Source of the DNA: Ophelia neglecta
Taxonomy: Eukaryota
Length of the DNA stretch: 64,000 nt
Direction: 5' to 3'
Assembly: GCA_965285935.1 (NCBI GenBank)
Contig: OZ260666.1
Location: 50,902,001 to 50,966,000 of the forward strand
Shown here: piece by piece, positions 41,102 to 63,025 of the stretch
Numbering within the stretch: position 1 is the first letter of the stretch
How the letters are laid out: each line of letters starts with the position of its first letter
Made by a program: the position numbers and the translations under genes
The notes under the pieces: generated by a model
What the model was told of the DNA's origin: nothing
Database searches by the model: none
Seen by the model: the letters and a program-made list of their open reading frames with translations, nothing else

Positions 41102-43770
41102 GTGAGTTGTTTCTCCGCGGCGGACGACCCGCTCTTTGAACTAACGCGTTCTCTTTTTGCCGACCGAACGCTACCTTTTGTTAAAAAATCGCTTTGATTT
41201 GAGGAGAACAAAGCTGAAAATCTGGCATTTTTAAAGCACAATTAGCAAACGATGTGTTCATCTTCCGGAAAGGATCTTGTTTTTTTTTCTAGGCTTGGTG
41301 ATTGTCTCCTAACAAATTTCTTTTTTGAAGTTTGCGGCGGTTGTTTCGATATCCATGACCCTCTTTTGAATATCGAGTGTCATAACTGCTGCTATGACGG
41401 CGGCTGGACGGATGATGCAGCTACAGGCCTACCATAAGGCCAAGTGCCATGAATAAAAACACCTCAGATATTACAATAAATCACTGACCTCGCCATTGTC
41501 ATTTCACGACAGTAATTTTATCCGATGTTGAATAACGCTTATAGTTCCTACATTTGTTAATTTACATAAACGTTCCTGAGTAGTGAGGCTTCTTTGAAGT
41601 TGAAGGAAGAATTTGTGGCTAAAATGGATTTATCAGTGAATTATTTTGACAGGAGGCCTAGGCCGACGAAGCACTTTAAAAGAACACAAAATGTCAGTTG
41701 ATAATTATTACGCTTATTCCCCATTTTATGATTAACATTTCTGGGTTATATCTAGAGGGAATATAACAACCTGCTGATTCGGATATATTGCCCTAGGCCG
41801 AGATTACTTAGAAAAATTAAAGCCATGTATACAAGCTGTATGGACCTGGCCGTGATGAAGGGCATTCTTTCAATTTACATTGAAGCAATATCACCCCGTC
41901 TTGTAACCGAATACAAGATATATATTCTGGCTTATTCGGTTTAAAGAATGACCATAAAAAACGTGTTAAGACGAAGAAATCAGGCACACCTATGGACAAA
42001 GTATTATAGACCTTGTTCTGCCGCCACTAAAACCTACCTGTTAATAAATTCGGAGATATTTAATGTAGGCTATATTTGTTCCCATGGAATGTATTTACTT
42101 CCTTCAGACAGATGATGAATATGTTTGGCTACTTATTTTTTTTAAACGTGTTTTATTCGAGGTGGAGTGGTTGCGGCGACATAATTTCAATTGGAGATTC
42201 AGTTTTGCCAGGCCTTTATGAAATTGCGAAAACTTGCCAGGCACGACAATGAGAGCCGCCTGGCTTACCTCGGAAATATTCGCTCGGTATATAGTATCGC
42301 TCATTCTCGACTTAACCTTACTAGCAACGTTAAATCTCGGCCAATTAGAATGTTAACAGTAGCAGATTCCCAATGCATGTGGAATATTTGATTACGAAAT
42401 GTAATCCCGCGAATATGTCGACTAGCGCAAAAATACTAAAGGTTTTTTTTTACGTGGGTTTTCCACCTAATCTAATGATATGTGATATTCTTGCATCGGT
42501 TGATTGAGACACAATTTGAAATGGACACAAGTTTTTTGCCTAGTCGTTTCATAACTGATTGAAGGGGTTTACGCATGGTGACAGATTGGATTGTTGTGCA
42601 GAAGTCCAAATGCGTTAGTTTTGCTATTACTTTATTTTTCTTGGCAGGCCTACTTGATTCCTGTTTGTCGTGTCTATCTAGGCGTATCTATCGGTCTACA
42701 TTGTATATTGGTCAGCTGATGAGTACAGGATGCACTCCATAGAGCAATACGATGATTATTGTATATTATTGTATTAAGTTTCCAATGTTTTAAGCGTTTT
42801 TGTCTCACTTTGCTTGGAAATTAATTGTTAGATAAATAAATAGCCCCGACGGCCCGCCTGCTAGCCGCCCTTATCGCGCCTCTATACTGAATTGTGGCGA
42901 GGAGGCAAACGTGTACCGCTTTTATGTGATTCCTTCGATCAATCTGAGTAACAAATGTCCATCATGTCATATATTGTGTCCTCGTAAGTGTATCCATATT
43001 TCATGGAGTGTTAGCCGTGAGAGACAGGCGATTATTGATAAAATAACGTCCAATGCGCGGTAAACGAAAAGCTCTTGCCCGACAAAAACAACAATGAGCT
43101 CGACGGACCAGGTTTCAATTTCTTTTTTTTCAATTTCAAAAGATGTTTTTATTGCCGTGATATGATAAGGTCCACGTGCACTGCGGGGTTAGTATTATGA
43201 CATACATGTATGTATAGGTTGTATGATATAATATAGACTGACCCCCCCCCCCCCCCCAATCACCCGGCCTCCGCCGGCCGTGTCGTCTGGTCCACACAGC
43301 ACTATTTTGTGCGACAGCGCCATCTCGGGCTCGATTTGATAGCGGAGCACTGCACGTTTCAGGCATTTGATGTCAGTCGTGTTTTTGGAGTGTTTAAACG
43401 GGAACCAGATCCTATTTCGGCCTGCAAGCAGCACTTCGGTTTCACTTTGTTGGCAAAGAGGTAGCAATTAATTCTTCTAGATGCTTCGATTCTAAATTTG
43501 TAAATTCTCAGTGTGGAATTGTTAGATTCGGGCCACCGGCTGAAGTTTGCAAGAGATAAACCATATCCATTGTGCCGCCACTTCAGGCGTAGATATTATC
43601 CTCCTGCCTATCACACGTGTGCACACTGTCTCAGAGAGAGTTTCTGCGTCCATGGTTAGCCAGCAGCAAGACGCAATATCCCCGCCTGCGTAATGGCTTT
43701 TATAGGAAATTTATAGAAAAATAGCTTATTAGTTGATATGACATTTTAAAATGTTTTGTTTTCCTTACAG

Positions 43771-43940
43771 TCGTATCGCCCGAAGTAACAGCACGCTCAT
43801 CCACCTTAAGCGAAAGTAAGGAGTTTCCTTCAGCCCCTGCTAGAAGATCACGGGAACATCCGGGTTACCCAGGAACGCCAAACAGCCTACCCTCGACCAC
43901 AGAGGCGCCATCTAGTGCGTCACGAAGCAGTGGAGACGCC

Positions 43941-43961
<21 letters not shown>
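43771..43961 (+). CDS. NR4A: NR4A shared exon containing ATG 43941 (MLLLQAQ); the upstream 170 nt are 5'UTR or an in-frame N-terminal extension
   Basis: Acceptor ttttgttttccttacag|43771, Kozak gacgccATG, donor CAA|gtaagg at 43962. Phase 0 matches the exon at 47564. Confidence 0.8.
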
Positions 43962-51123
<7,162 letters not shown>

Positions 51124-52080
51124 GCAGGCGGACGTTGGCGCGTCGCACCACGTGACTCGGCGCCATATTGACAGTTGTGAACAGCAGGCAGCACAAACAC
51201 TGCCAGCAGCGCCCCGTATAACTTGCCCGTGAATTACAATTATTGATAATTTGTAAATACATCTTTGTTGACGATATTAAATGTAATGTTTATATTTGAT
51301 TTGCCGTTGTTGTACCTCTAGTCCTGTGCACATTTGGATATTCATGAGTGTACATTTTTGAATATTCATGACAGTTGTTCTTTGACGATATTGAGTATAT
51401 ATATGGTGATTCGTGGTACAGAAACTGAGCTGTTGTGTTGTATTCACTAAATTTGGTGTTAAACGTTGTAAGATGTTTCTTGATTGCGTGATGAAGCAAG
51501 CCGGCGGCAGGCCACGTTTTATGGTGAAAATGCCTAACTATAGTAACTTTCATTGTGTTGTCAGTTGTATGTGTAATGTTGTTCGCATACACATAGTGTA
51601 CGGATAATTTGTAATGAGTTGGCTGGTCTGTGAATATATTGTACTAATTGGTTTGGTATTGTACTTCGGTTGTCTACTTTTGTCATGCTTTTGTCATTGA
51701 CAGATATATGGTATTGTCATTCAATGACTGAATATTATTATTATATCTCCGAAAATTTTAGGTTATTTCTCTGTGTTAAGTGTTATGTATACATTTAGTT
51801 GTAACTTAACTGGGGTTCAGTGAATTTGTAAGACATTTAAATGAATATTGACTCGTTATATATGCACCATGGTTGCTTCTGTGGAAATTTATATTCACAA
51901 TTAATTGGTATCTACAAGGAGTGCATTGTATATTGTGCGGATTTTACATACTGTTTTTACTTTTATTTTAACATGGAATTTTGTACTTCTGGAGTTTTAC
52001 GTGACCTGTACATTATTATACATATAAACGACTGACGTTTCAAAGTAGTATAAATAAACTGTGTTTGTAAGTACATGTAT
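51124..52080 (+). other. Probable NR4A 3'UTR (U/A-rich) with Pumilio element TGTAAATA at 51252 and poly(A) signal AATAAA at 52053
   Basis: T-rich tract after the stop; AATAAA 52053-52058 followed by GT-rich sequence. The true 3' end may lie further downstream. Confidence 0.55.
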
Positions 52081-53130
52081 GTATGGTGCTAAGTGATTGG
52101 TTCGGTGTTCATCATAATTGTACTCAAATTAATGGGAGTGAGATTATTAAATATATTATTTTGGGTTCATGTGTCAGATAATTATCACGGTTTGACTACT
52201 TATGGTTATTTATATCTAATGCCTTTAAGTTTTGTTTTCTTCTCGGATTGTGCAAGACATGATTTTATGGTTTGGATTTGATTTTTCTCGTTATCTCCGA
52301 TTATATGGTAGAATTAGGTCATTTTGTGACGCCCTCTGATGGCGAATACGTTAACCGTTGATACGTTTTACGGTATATGCGAAACAATCTAGTTCCGTTG
52401 TCGCCCAGATGGTTGATTAGAAGTAGCTGTTTTGGCAGAAATGTGTTGCTGTGTACGATTGTTTTATTTAAAGCTTTTGGTTAACTGTGCTAGAAGTCTA
52501 CTAGAAGATAGTAATTATTAATGGGTGGAAGACGACACCCAAACACGCTTCTTACCGGTGAATTAAAGAAGAAATTTAATAATATTATAATGAGACTTTT
52601 TGAAATTAAATTGTTAATTGTTTAAGCTATATTAACTTCAAATCACAAATGTACAATATTTGGACTCGATTTTGCCTTCCTGGCAAATTTTGCTCTTTTT
52701 TTTGGCGATAATGATACCGGTTCATCTCTTTGTCATTTTTTCTTTCATTTTTTGCATCTAAGAAAATGATTGTTTTTGGTTGGATAAGACCTAGATTGGT
52801 ATTAACAGTTTTGAGTGCATCTCAGGTCTTAATTGTTACACTATGAAGACGTAGTGATGATAACGTGGGATATTCTTGAAGGGTTTTGATAACAACACTG
52901 TTGGTGGGGAAGGGTAACACTGGTTGCCATCAGTGTTTAAATTTCGCGCCAGTCCACGCACACACTTGGTGAGATTTGATAGCTAGACACTCATGTTGAG
53001 GACGCAGATGTCTCCTTCACGAAGGTGAGGCGTGCTGGTGCGCTGTACAGTTGTATATATATTACATGGATAGGTATTTTTGTAATGTAAATGAGCGGTA
53101 CCTGTCGCTCTCAGGTTGTTCCTGGGTGAA

Positions 53131-53165
53131 TGTGATTACGTCATTGTGATGACGTCATTGTGAAT
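53131..53165. promoter_or_regulatory. Downstream tandem CRE element
   Basis: TTACGTCA 53136 and TGACGTCA 53150 within a short 14-bp duplication. Confidence 0.45.
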
Positions 53166-56100
53166 GTAAATGTGCCATATTCAATGTGTTCGTCAAATCC
53201 TGTCTCGGAGCGCATGTACAAACTTGTCATGTGCATTAGCTTGCGTTTGGTGGTGTGATGGCCTGTGATAGCACTTCCCTTTTTCTCGCGCACGCGCTTT
53301 ATAGGAAATATTTATGTATTCGTAACATTTATCTGATAGTGCTAATAGTCTTATGTAAACCAGAAATGAAACAGAATATAGGACATCGATTATGGCCTTT
53401 AAAATTAGTCTTGCTCTAGAATCAATTTAAGTAGATAACCAGCTTTAACTCGTTATGTTCTAATCATAGCTTCCTTTGTATTGTTCTGATTAGGAGTCTT
53501 AACCCCATTGTGTTAACGCTAAAGTGTAGTTTACAAGCATTTTCAAAATTATTTGCCCTATAGACCCGTATACTGTAAGTGAATTCCACGTTCCCGCTCT
53601 TGTACTGTTAAGTTGATAATATCTTGTAGGCTACACGTGAATGAACAACACTTGTGTATGTTATTGTTAATAATTTATTCGCAATTTGTTGGATGTGCTT
53701 TCTAGAAACATCAGAACTTTTCCGAGTCCTATAAGACAGATCTCTATCTGAGGAAAGTTTCTCAACACAGTAGTCTAAACTATCAGATGTTTCTATATAT
53801 CGGTTTGATTATTACCAACTTTTCACTATTTCTACAGTTGTTAACAAATTATTGAATACTCTGACAGACTTTATGGTGTTTCTCATTTCGCCTGGTTCAA
53901 CTTGTTGTACCCAAGATCTGTAAACACTAAATGTGTTTGGACTATTGGCCATCACCATAAGTATGTACTCCGATAGTGACCGTAACCACTCTTCCAGTGG
54001 ATCTTTTGTATACAATATGACCAAATTGATCTAATAAAGTCATGTTCTCTAATGAAGCTAGACACCTTTCGTTCGACTTTATCTACTAAACAAAAGGGGT
54101 ATTTATTTGATACCATATTTTCAATTTAGATTCATATTTTATCATTTCAATGTCTGGATTGAGCTAATATAATTGGAACACATATATACCGGCTGAACAA
54201 TTTAAAAGGCCATGTACTTGTATTTTTAAAGTCTATAAATTGAACAAAATCTCCTTTTAATGAAACAGTATATTCCAGACATAATTAACACACGCCTACT
54301 GTTGTTCCAGGGGCCCATATAATAAAGACATTTCAAAGATGAATATTTTTGTTCAGCTCAAATTATAAAAGTATGCCCCTACTTGTGATTTATTCATTTC
54401 CACTAAATATGAGCTTATCTGCATGGAACTACTTTCAAATATGAATTATTACGGTTTATAACAAACAAAGACTTAACATGGAGATTTAGCTTTGATAAAG
54501 TTTGATAGTGTTTAAATACATAAAACCGGGAAGGACAGTTCAATCAACGTGCATAGAATGAAAATAATTCGTAACAGGCTGCGAGTTTAAGTGGGCACCA
54601 ATAATGTCCACAAAATATAGTAGTTACCTTTGAGGATTGTCTAAAATTGGGACATAAGATGCCAGTACACTTTTGTTAGGTGTTAGAGAGATAGGTTATA
54701 CAAAGTAATCTGCCCCAAACTTTCAGAAACATGGTTGTTTATTTTAACACCCTGTAACTTCATAGTTTTAAACATACTTGATGTTTTTTAAGCCAACATG
54801 CAACGTATTTTATTGTCTAGTGGACACAAACCCGGGCCTTTTAAACCAGTATTTTATGAACGTTTGTTTACATCATATAATTAGTAAATTTATACATTAG
54901 CATTGAAATACGAAATCATATTAGCTAGTAGAATAAATTATATGAATACATTATTGAAAATCTAAATAACTTGGCTTACTGGTTATTAAAGGTTTATTGT
55001 GGCATGCCATTAAAAGAAATGGAACTGAATAATTAAGATTATGTCGCATATGGATTGTCGGTAATACTGCAGAGCGAGGTAAGGAAAAACAATTTATTTA
55101 AGAAAGGTTGATATAGATATAAATATAATTGGAATTATTCGAATCCGTGTGTGTTTCTGTCTCATCAACAAATTATTACCTAGAAATTCCCAACCTGGTA
55201 TGGAAGATTATCGAATGACTGTAGTTTACCAGGCATTATAAAAAGGGTTCATGATTTCACATTTAGAGTTCTGTCTTATCAATTATTGAGTTTTGTCTTG
55301 ACGCATGAGGTTTGAATCAAATTGAGGAAGCCTTCCCTATAGCTTTGTTGCTTTGCGCTTTCTTCTTTTTAAAATAAAATCAATAAGGTTATTGCTTTGT
55401 TGTTTTTGTTTCTAATTAAGTATTTATAAGTTTTTATAAAGCAGGACAATATTATCTTTATAAAGCTTGACTTAAAGTTGCATCCCGTTACAGTCCTCTA
55501 TATTACGAAATATGATCGCAGCATGCATAAGTTTGCTGTTTTGATGGAAATTGCAGGCTGCATCAGGTAAAATAAATCAGCATGCATTGTACAGAAATTA
55601 CAATATACAAGGAAAACAAATACGTCTAAAACGAATCGTTGCACGTAAAAATGTAAGAAAACATGAGGATGTGCTATTAGTTTTTCGTCCAATGCGTAAG
55701 TGAATGCCTTAAAGCATATCAGCAAGGAGTGGAATCTCGTGCAGCCAACCAAATAACTATACTTACATCGCCTCGCCTACTGGCATATTAGAGAATATCT
55801 GTCTGTGGAGGGACATTGATAAAATTCCTGAAGAGTGCTTTCTTCTTATTTTGAAAACATGGTTTTATTTCGAGAAAGTAGGCTAAAATAGTAGTCCTAA
55901 ATCAGCTATTATAAAGCCTAGCTGTAGCAGTAACATAGCCAGCCTGTCATTTTAACTCACAGGATTAACCTGTGTGCAATGATGCCCGGGATGGAAACTA
56001 ACTGGCCTATAACTTCTTCTTATAAACTTAATATTCGCTTCAAAATAAACAATGTGTTATTTTCCAAATACGTGTTGTGACCACATTATAATGGATCGTT

Positions 56101-59100
56101 ATATGGGACGAGTGAACTATAATTATCGTTCAAAGCAATCTGGAAGACATCACACCGTTTTGTATTATTATGGCACGTCATTGATTTTCATTTCATTATT
56201 TCTCCAAGTGATGGATGCAAATAAATGTATGAAAAAAAACTGATGAGGAAAACTGAAATATAGTTTTTTCGCTTCAAGACACCATCATGCGACAATGAAC
56301 AGTCTCAAACTTCAGGCTTGTAACAACACCTGTCATCTGAGTCTTCCATAAGAAAACCCCCATATCCTCACTCGAAATTAAGGTGATGACGTTAGTGAAG
56401 TGGTATACGGCGATTTATACGGCAAGAAAAACAGTTATTTATCTCATCAGTCTTGTACCAACTAACCAAACACTGAATTTTTAAAGACTATGCCTACTCC
56501 TTTGTTTTCCGGGAAAGAATTTCTTGGCTCATTTTTTAAAGATAAAGGACCCTGTTCAACCATTGTCATAAAAAATCTATAACATTTAAAAAGAGGATTA
56601 TTTGTCACTTCTCATAGGAAACCCCACATTTTTAATATAATGGGTCGTATAGTTGATCAAGCTTTCTTGTTTTAGCTTCTACGTAAAGAGGGGGGAGAAC
56701 ATCACGATAAGCTTAAGCAAAACCAAAATACAATAAAAGTCTCGATAGAGACAAATGGAGACTTAATTTTCAAATAATCTTAAAATAAACTTTAAGTCAA
56801 TATCGGCCATATTTATTAGGATACCCATTTTGTGTCTCTTAGTATAACAGTCGTCTATATTCTTAAATATATCAGACGAATCCAAAGTTAAGAAAATTAT
56901 TTTGACACAAAAAGTATCAAACCCTGAATAGGATGATAAATTGCCAAAATTATAAGAAACACATATTGACTGTATTTGAGCCAGCTTAAAAACGTTTCTA
57001 ATTTTTCTATTTCATCTTCTGTATTTTCCTAGTTTTCATTTACTTCTCACCCTTCCCCTGGTAATAAACAAAAATTCTAAAACTCCCGCCTTCTTATTAC
57101 CGAATAAGAATATTTTCATCAATATAGGTCGTACAAGTTTTAATAAAAATGTCAAGAATTTGAAATATATACTTCCCAAACAATCAAACGAAATAGATAA
57201 AGATATGAACAAAAATAATAATTGGAGAACTTTTGTTGTATGAGATCAATTCCTAAATTAGGTACCATGTGCAGTAGAGAAGTTAGATTGAATTGCGTAA
57301 AAGAATATGGGTATACCATAAGTCATACCTAGGGACAGTGAACTTATAGAGGAGATGCTCCTTTCAAGTATTGTTTAATAAAGGCCACATATTGACAGCC
57401 TTAAATCTAAAGTCTCTTGTTACGAGCACATTTTTGCTGTGCTATTTTTTTTAATGTATACACGATCTGAATATTCTATACAACAATAAATATTTTTTTT
57501 GGAAATCTTTTCCAAGTAATTAATTGTTCATTATCCAGGAATTATAGAAGGTAAGCACTGAACTGTTAGATTATTATACAGATATTTTTAATTGTGGGCG
57601 TCATAAGCGAAACTTATTTTCCCTCAATTTTGACGATAATCATTAAGTTGGTTAAATGAAAAAAAAAGTATACGGACACGTTTCAAATCGAGCTTTATGG
57701 AATAATGAAATACTACACACATAAAGTTATAAGTTTTATCCGCTTTCTTACACCTGACATATTCCACCGAAACCAGACTATCTATTTACTGTGTTGAGGT
57801 TCTACTGCAAAGGAATATTTGAATCACAAATAAAATGCAGAAAAGGGCAATCAGAATTATAATATTTCCTAAAGATCACAAAGTCCCATTATCAATAACT
57901 AAAACAACTGGATTTGTATGATACTTAGAGGTATAAGGTATTGTTATAATGTACAAGTAAGCCAATTTCTAGAGATCATTAATGACTTCTGCCTTAAAAG
58001 TACTGTTCATAATTATCCCACAAGGTATTAATTCATCCAAGTAACATGTACCGAATACGGTTTTGCCTGTTTCTCAGAGAACTGTTCATTCCAAGGTGTT
58101 ATATCATAGAATGATACTTGTGATCATATATCAGCTGATATTAGTATTTTCAATTTAAACCGTAAGTTTAAAATTTCTTCTATGGAAACTGGCTAGACGG
58201 TTATATGATCTTTACCATTTTTTAGTAGGAATAAATGGGATAATGGAGTTTTAATGTTTTGTTAGTCTTCATAAAGTCTTAAAACTACTATGCATCATTA
58301 TTGATAATGTATTCTTCTGCTCTCAGATTTTTCGATGTTTTTCCTTGTTTTACCATATTAGAAAGTTATTTTGACATGTCTGACGACGGGACACGACAAA
58401 TATATTAATTTTCTTGTGATTAAAAAAGTTTGCATATAGAATTGTATTTGGTGCCGATATATTTATTCCTATAACTGAACTGAATTTAAACCGAGTTTTG
58501 ATTTATTTGTATATATATTTATTTAAAGCAGAAAATAGCCCCTCTGTTCACGATGTCTATCGCAAACAACAAGACTAGTTACCTTTTTAAAGCACTTGGC
58601 ATTTCTGTCGAATTATTACAAGAAGCTAGCTATCGGGTTATCTTAATTTCTGACCTGGGAATATGAAATATTTAGGTTGAAATCAATATATACGAAATTC
58701 TGGGATATACATTCCATCAGTTCAGCCACGTATAGCACACGCCTTGATGACTCGCGGGATCCATGACAGATAACATCAGGGTTAAACACGGGTCGTCTCA
58801 CATTCTTTATTAATCGTGTTCATGTGGGGAGAGTTTCTGCTGGACTTCAACATTAAGAATATAGCTGTCAGCCTAATCCATCGCGGTCCCTTTTCGAGTA
58901 TATCTTATTTTCCCTGCGTTAACCACTACCTGATATGTGGTTGATCCACATCATGGACAACTGTAGACTATTTCCATTGCAAGTAAGGCCCTATCATTTT
59001 TATTTCATTTATTTTTCTTCTTCCAATCTTATTTCGAAATTATGGACATGGGAATTAATCTTTGTAGTCCTGCGCCCGATTTTGGATAGATTTAATTGAC

Positions 59101-62100
59101 CATTCTCGTACAGCGACTTTGTATTGTATGCCGGGTATTTAATCGCGTTTTATACACTATATTGCATTTATCGTAAAATATCTATATTGTATGGTTTATA
59201 AATAAAAATAAAACATATAAAAAAGCATCTGCTTATGAGAAAAAAATCCAAATTGTATTACGACCACGGCTCCTTTTGACTTGATCTGTCACTTGTTATT
59301 ATGAATATTAATGAAGAACTGGTTAAAGATAATTGATTTTACTAATGCAAATGATATCATGACCATTTGTTGACTTAAACTACTAACAATTGCTGGGCTA
59401 TTGACAAGATGAAGTATCTGACAGAGTAGTGGCGGCACTAAACGGCAAGTACAACTTACAACGAAGACAACGAAAACAATGGGCTAAAGTTTACTGCCGT
59501 AAATATAGGTACCATAAATGGGATCTCGCCCAATGTCGTAAAGCGGCAAATACGAATTTAACAGCTGAGGTCTAACTTACAGGGTCCTGTAAACTTCGGC
59601 TTGCCGTAAATAATAATTACGTACATCTGAATATTAACCAATAAATCTTGAATAAGATTACTTTAATTGCCAACTTTTGGCAATTTAAACAAGTTAGAGC
59701 TGACGGGACATATGCACAAGCTGAGCCTCATAGCTTCAAGTAATTACAGGCATTCAACAAATCTGGGAACAAAATAAATATACGGCTGAGTAATCGGGGA
59801 CGGGGGGCGGGGGACGGGGGGGGGGGGCTGAAATACTTATGATACTGTCACTATAATGTATAATGTACATGTATGAGTATATAAATACTTGTTACAGATA
59901 ATCGATAGGCTGAACTAATGCAAATAATGAAATGAACATGGATGAAATCCAAGACAGGACTGAATATGTAAAAATACCATGAAACAACATGATACCATGT
60001 CGAAACAAAAAATACTGACACACATTGAACATTGACCCGCGCAAGCATAAATGTTAAACCACTCGCCGAACATAATCGCTTTCTATTTATAAGTTTACAT
60101 TGTCAGTACACATAAACAACTACCAAACAAAATGCACATGGAATAATATATTTGCACCATAGGCTGTCATATATATATATTATATCTGCACGTTTTTAAG
60201 AACACTGCGGCCATGTGGCGCTTAGGGACCCTCTCCCTGCCTTTCCAGGATGAGTGGCGAAATTGTTCCGATATATATAAATAAAGGACTTCGGTCAATA
60301 AGCATGGCGAGTAAGCCAGACTGCGAAATGAGGTTATAATATATACAGTGAAATGTCACTCTTATGTCCTATCTTGTGACAACATTTAGAGTTTAGAGGT
60401 ATAAAAATATAAACAATTTCGGTAGGAGGCCCTTATTAAAATACCAACGCCAGGCCAATTGTTGGATCATTCATTTCGCTAATTTAAATCTGATTTTTTT
60501 GTTTGAATTATAATTAGATTGTAATGAATTCAGTATTAGCCGAGCTATATCAAAGAGCTTGGTTAGTCGCCATTTCTTTGAAATTGGATTACATATACAT
60601 GTAGGCATTCTCGACCTTGCCATACAGCGGGATACCACGGAATACGTATAGTGAGATTCCTTTTGTTCTTTACTTAATAGGTATTATATATCTATGAGGG
60701 GGCTGTGTCTTTGCAAGAAAGTTGGGCCTTTAAATAATGTATGCCGGACACCCCCCCCCCCCCACTACCACCACCACCACCCCTCTCGACCCTCCGCCCC
60801 CCCCCCCCCCAGAAATTAATTTCCCAATGGTGTAAAATGAAGCCATTTAAGACTTTTTTACACTGCTTTGAGCAAAATTATAACTAGAAACAACAGCATC
60901 TTTTCCGCGTACACGTTCGAACGGAAAACAGCCAACCATGTTCGTTCCGAAATCATTTTGAAGCAATGAAACACGAGAGCAATAGGATTTGTATATCTTG
61001 GTGAAACCTTACGATGAATAAGAGATTCCGCGAACTGTGCGAGACATATAAGTTGTTATTGTCTATTGAACAACTGAATACTTTGTTTACAGGCTTTTTA
61101 AACCGCCTCATTCCATATACACATCAGTCCTTACCGAATATTTCACGAATATATGATATTCTTATTCTAATCAACTATTAGTTTTGTCAACTGCGAATTG
61201 TTAGTAACGGTGTAACAGTTTTAGGAATCCCCTGGGTGGACCCCCCCCACACACACACACACACATTTCCTTTCCCTAACCCAAACCCGGGGTTGCCCCC
61301 GGTCTTGAAAAACTACTATTTATTTTAAGTCCACCGGTCCTGAAGTACTATTATTTTAAGTCCGCCGATATAGAAATTCAGGATTTTTTGGTATCCGGTC
61401 TCGAAATCCATGTTTATTATGACGACCACCGGTCCTTATATACTAGGTATTTATTTGAATCTTTATTACTTTTATCATAGATTTTTCTGGAATCAACCGT
61501 TGATTTACTGCTCTTTCTGATGTGATGCTGTGATGTTATGTTTTTTTGACGTAACAGAAATGTTGTATCCTAAATCTTCTTGATTCATCCAGCATCGGCG
61601 AAAACATATTACATGCAAAAGTGCCAACAGTCTGTAGTTTGGATTTGAATGCGTTTATCCCAAAATAACCAAAGCAGACTATAAAGTATCGATTTCCATA
61701 GTTTGTAAAACTAACATGTCATGCAGACTTGGTGAGCTTTCACTTAACATTGTGTTTGTTTGAATGTTAATATTATGGTAGAGATGTGATGACATATATG
61801 AAGAGAGTCATTTAATTGATTGTCCACTTTGCACATTCTAGTATAAAAAATACAGGTGTAATTAGGATATATATATATAATTGCAATTTAGCTTAAATTC
61901 CCATTTCAGAAAATTTATGTTATATCTATTTATTGTGTTGATACACCTGTCATTATGGTGCTCAAACTTGGAAACCAAATCTTTCAAAACCAATAAGTCT
62001 TAACAGCCGTGTAAAACCCGGTGTTTTTTTTCTGCTGAATGCGCAGCCGCAGAGTGCAAGATGTACTCAAACACACGTCTGGGGGAGGGGATGATTTTAA

Positions 62101-62479
62101 GTTCAAACAAAGTGATAAATAGTACATGCATTATAACTGGTTGAACCGTGGTGCATTAAAACGCGCGCAATTTAAACAAAATGTCCGTCTGGAATTACGG
62201 TAAATCTTAATTAATTATACGCAGATGCAAATAGGTATACGCCTACACAGAGGGTTACCATATTTTTTCCATGGACGATATTGAAAGAAACTGGCATAAT
62301 TTCAAAAGTCTACGCTAGCTCTAGCCACTACCATAGTCATATGATAGTGTTAGCCTACAACCGTCAGCCTTAAAATTTACGCTTCTTGATAAACAAGGCC
62401 ACGAACCGGTAAGCTTAGGAAACATGGCTGTATTAACAATACTTGACAATGTCAGTTGGAAGTTCTACTGTGATTATAG

Positions 62480-62483
<4 letters not shown>

Positions 62484-62521
<38 letters not shown>

Positions 62522-62524
62522 TAT
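62484..62524. repeat. (AT)n microsatellite
   Basis: Direct AT run. Confidence 0.9.
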
Positions 62525-62857
62525 TTGTCTATATATGCGCGTGTGCTTATCAATCACTTGAACCACAAGTCAGTGATTTAACAGATTTCTGAATGCGACG
62601 ACATTACACGGTGGTGTATACCCACAGTCGACTGGAAGTGGCCGGGCAAAGTACATGTACAAGATCGTTGTGGCTCCTCCATTTAAGGAGAGCTGACTAA
62701 CAAAGTTCACGTCAGCTGGTTCGTATTTTTCTGACAAAGACACGTTAAGAAACAGTCTAAAAAGTCACCTATATGAAATACACGGAAGAGTTCAGATACA
62801 ACAGAGAGTCGTGCGGACGACCGTTATAGTTTGAAAATAAACAACCAGTGATTCAAA

Positions 62858-63025
62858 ATGGAAAAGTTTCATGATAACGTTGGAAGTAACATTGTCCTTA
62901 CTAATGACAACAAAACAGTCGAAAAGAAGGCAAAAAGAGAGATGAAAAACAGCATTGTATTCAGTAAAAGGAGTCTTCGAGATAATGTGATATATACCAT
63001 CAAAATAGAGGACACAAAATTTCAG
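62858..63025 (+). CDS. First coding exon of a Neuralized-homology-repeat (NHR) domain protein; the gene continues beyond this exon
   Basis: aaaATGG with an in-frame upstream TGA. MEKFHDNVGSNIVLTNDNKTVEKK...NSIVFSKRSLRDNVIYTIKIED fits the NHR start pattern FH..xGxNIxL....A.R....xVFSxRPL. Donor CAG|gtgagc, phase 0. Confidence 0.75.

Noticed and set aside
51124-51171. GC hairpin (51136-51165) after the stop as a readthrough signal
   Set aside because: UAA-G is a non-leaky context and the extension would be only 15 codons.
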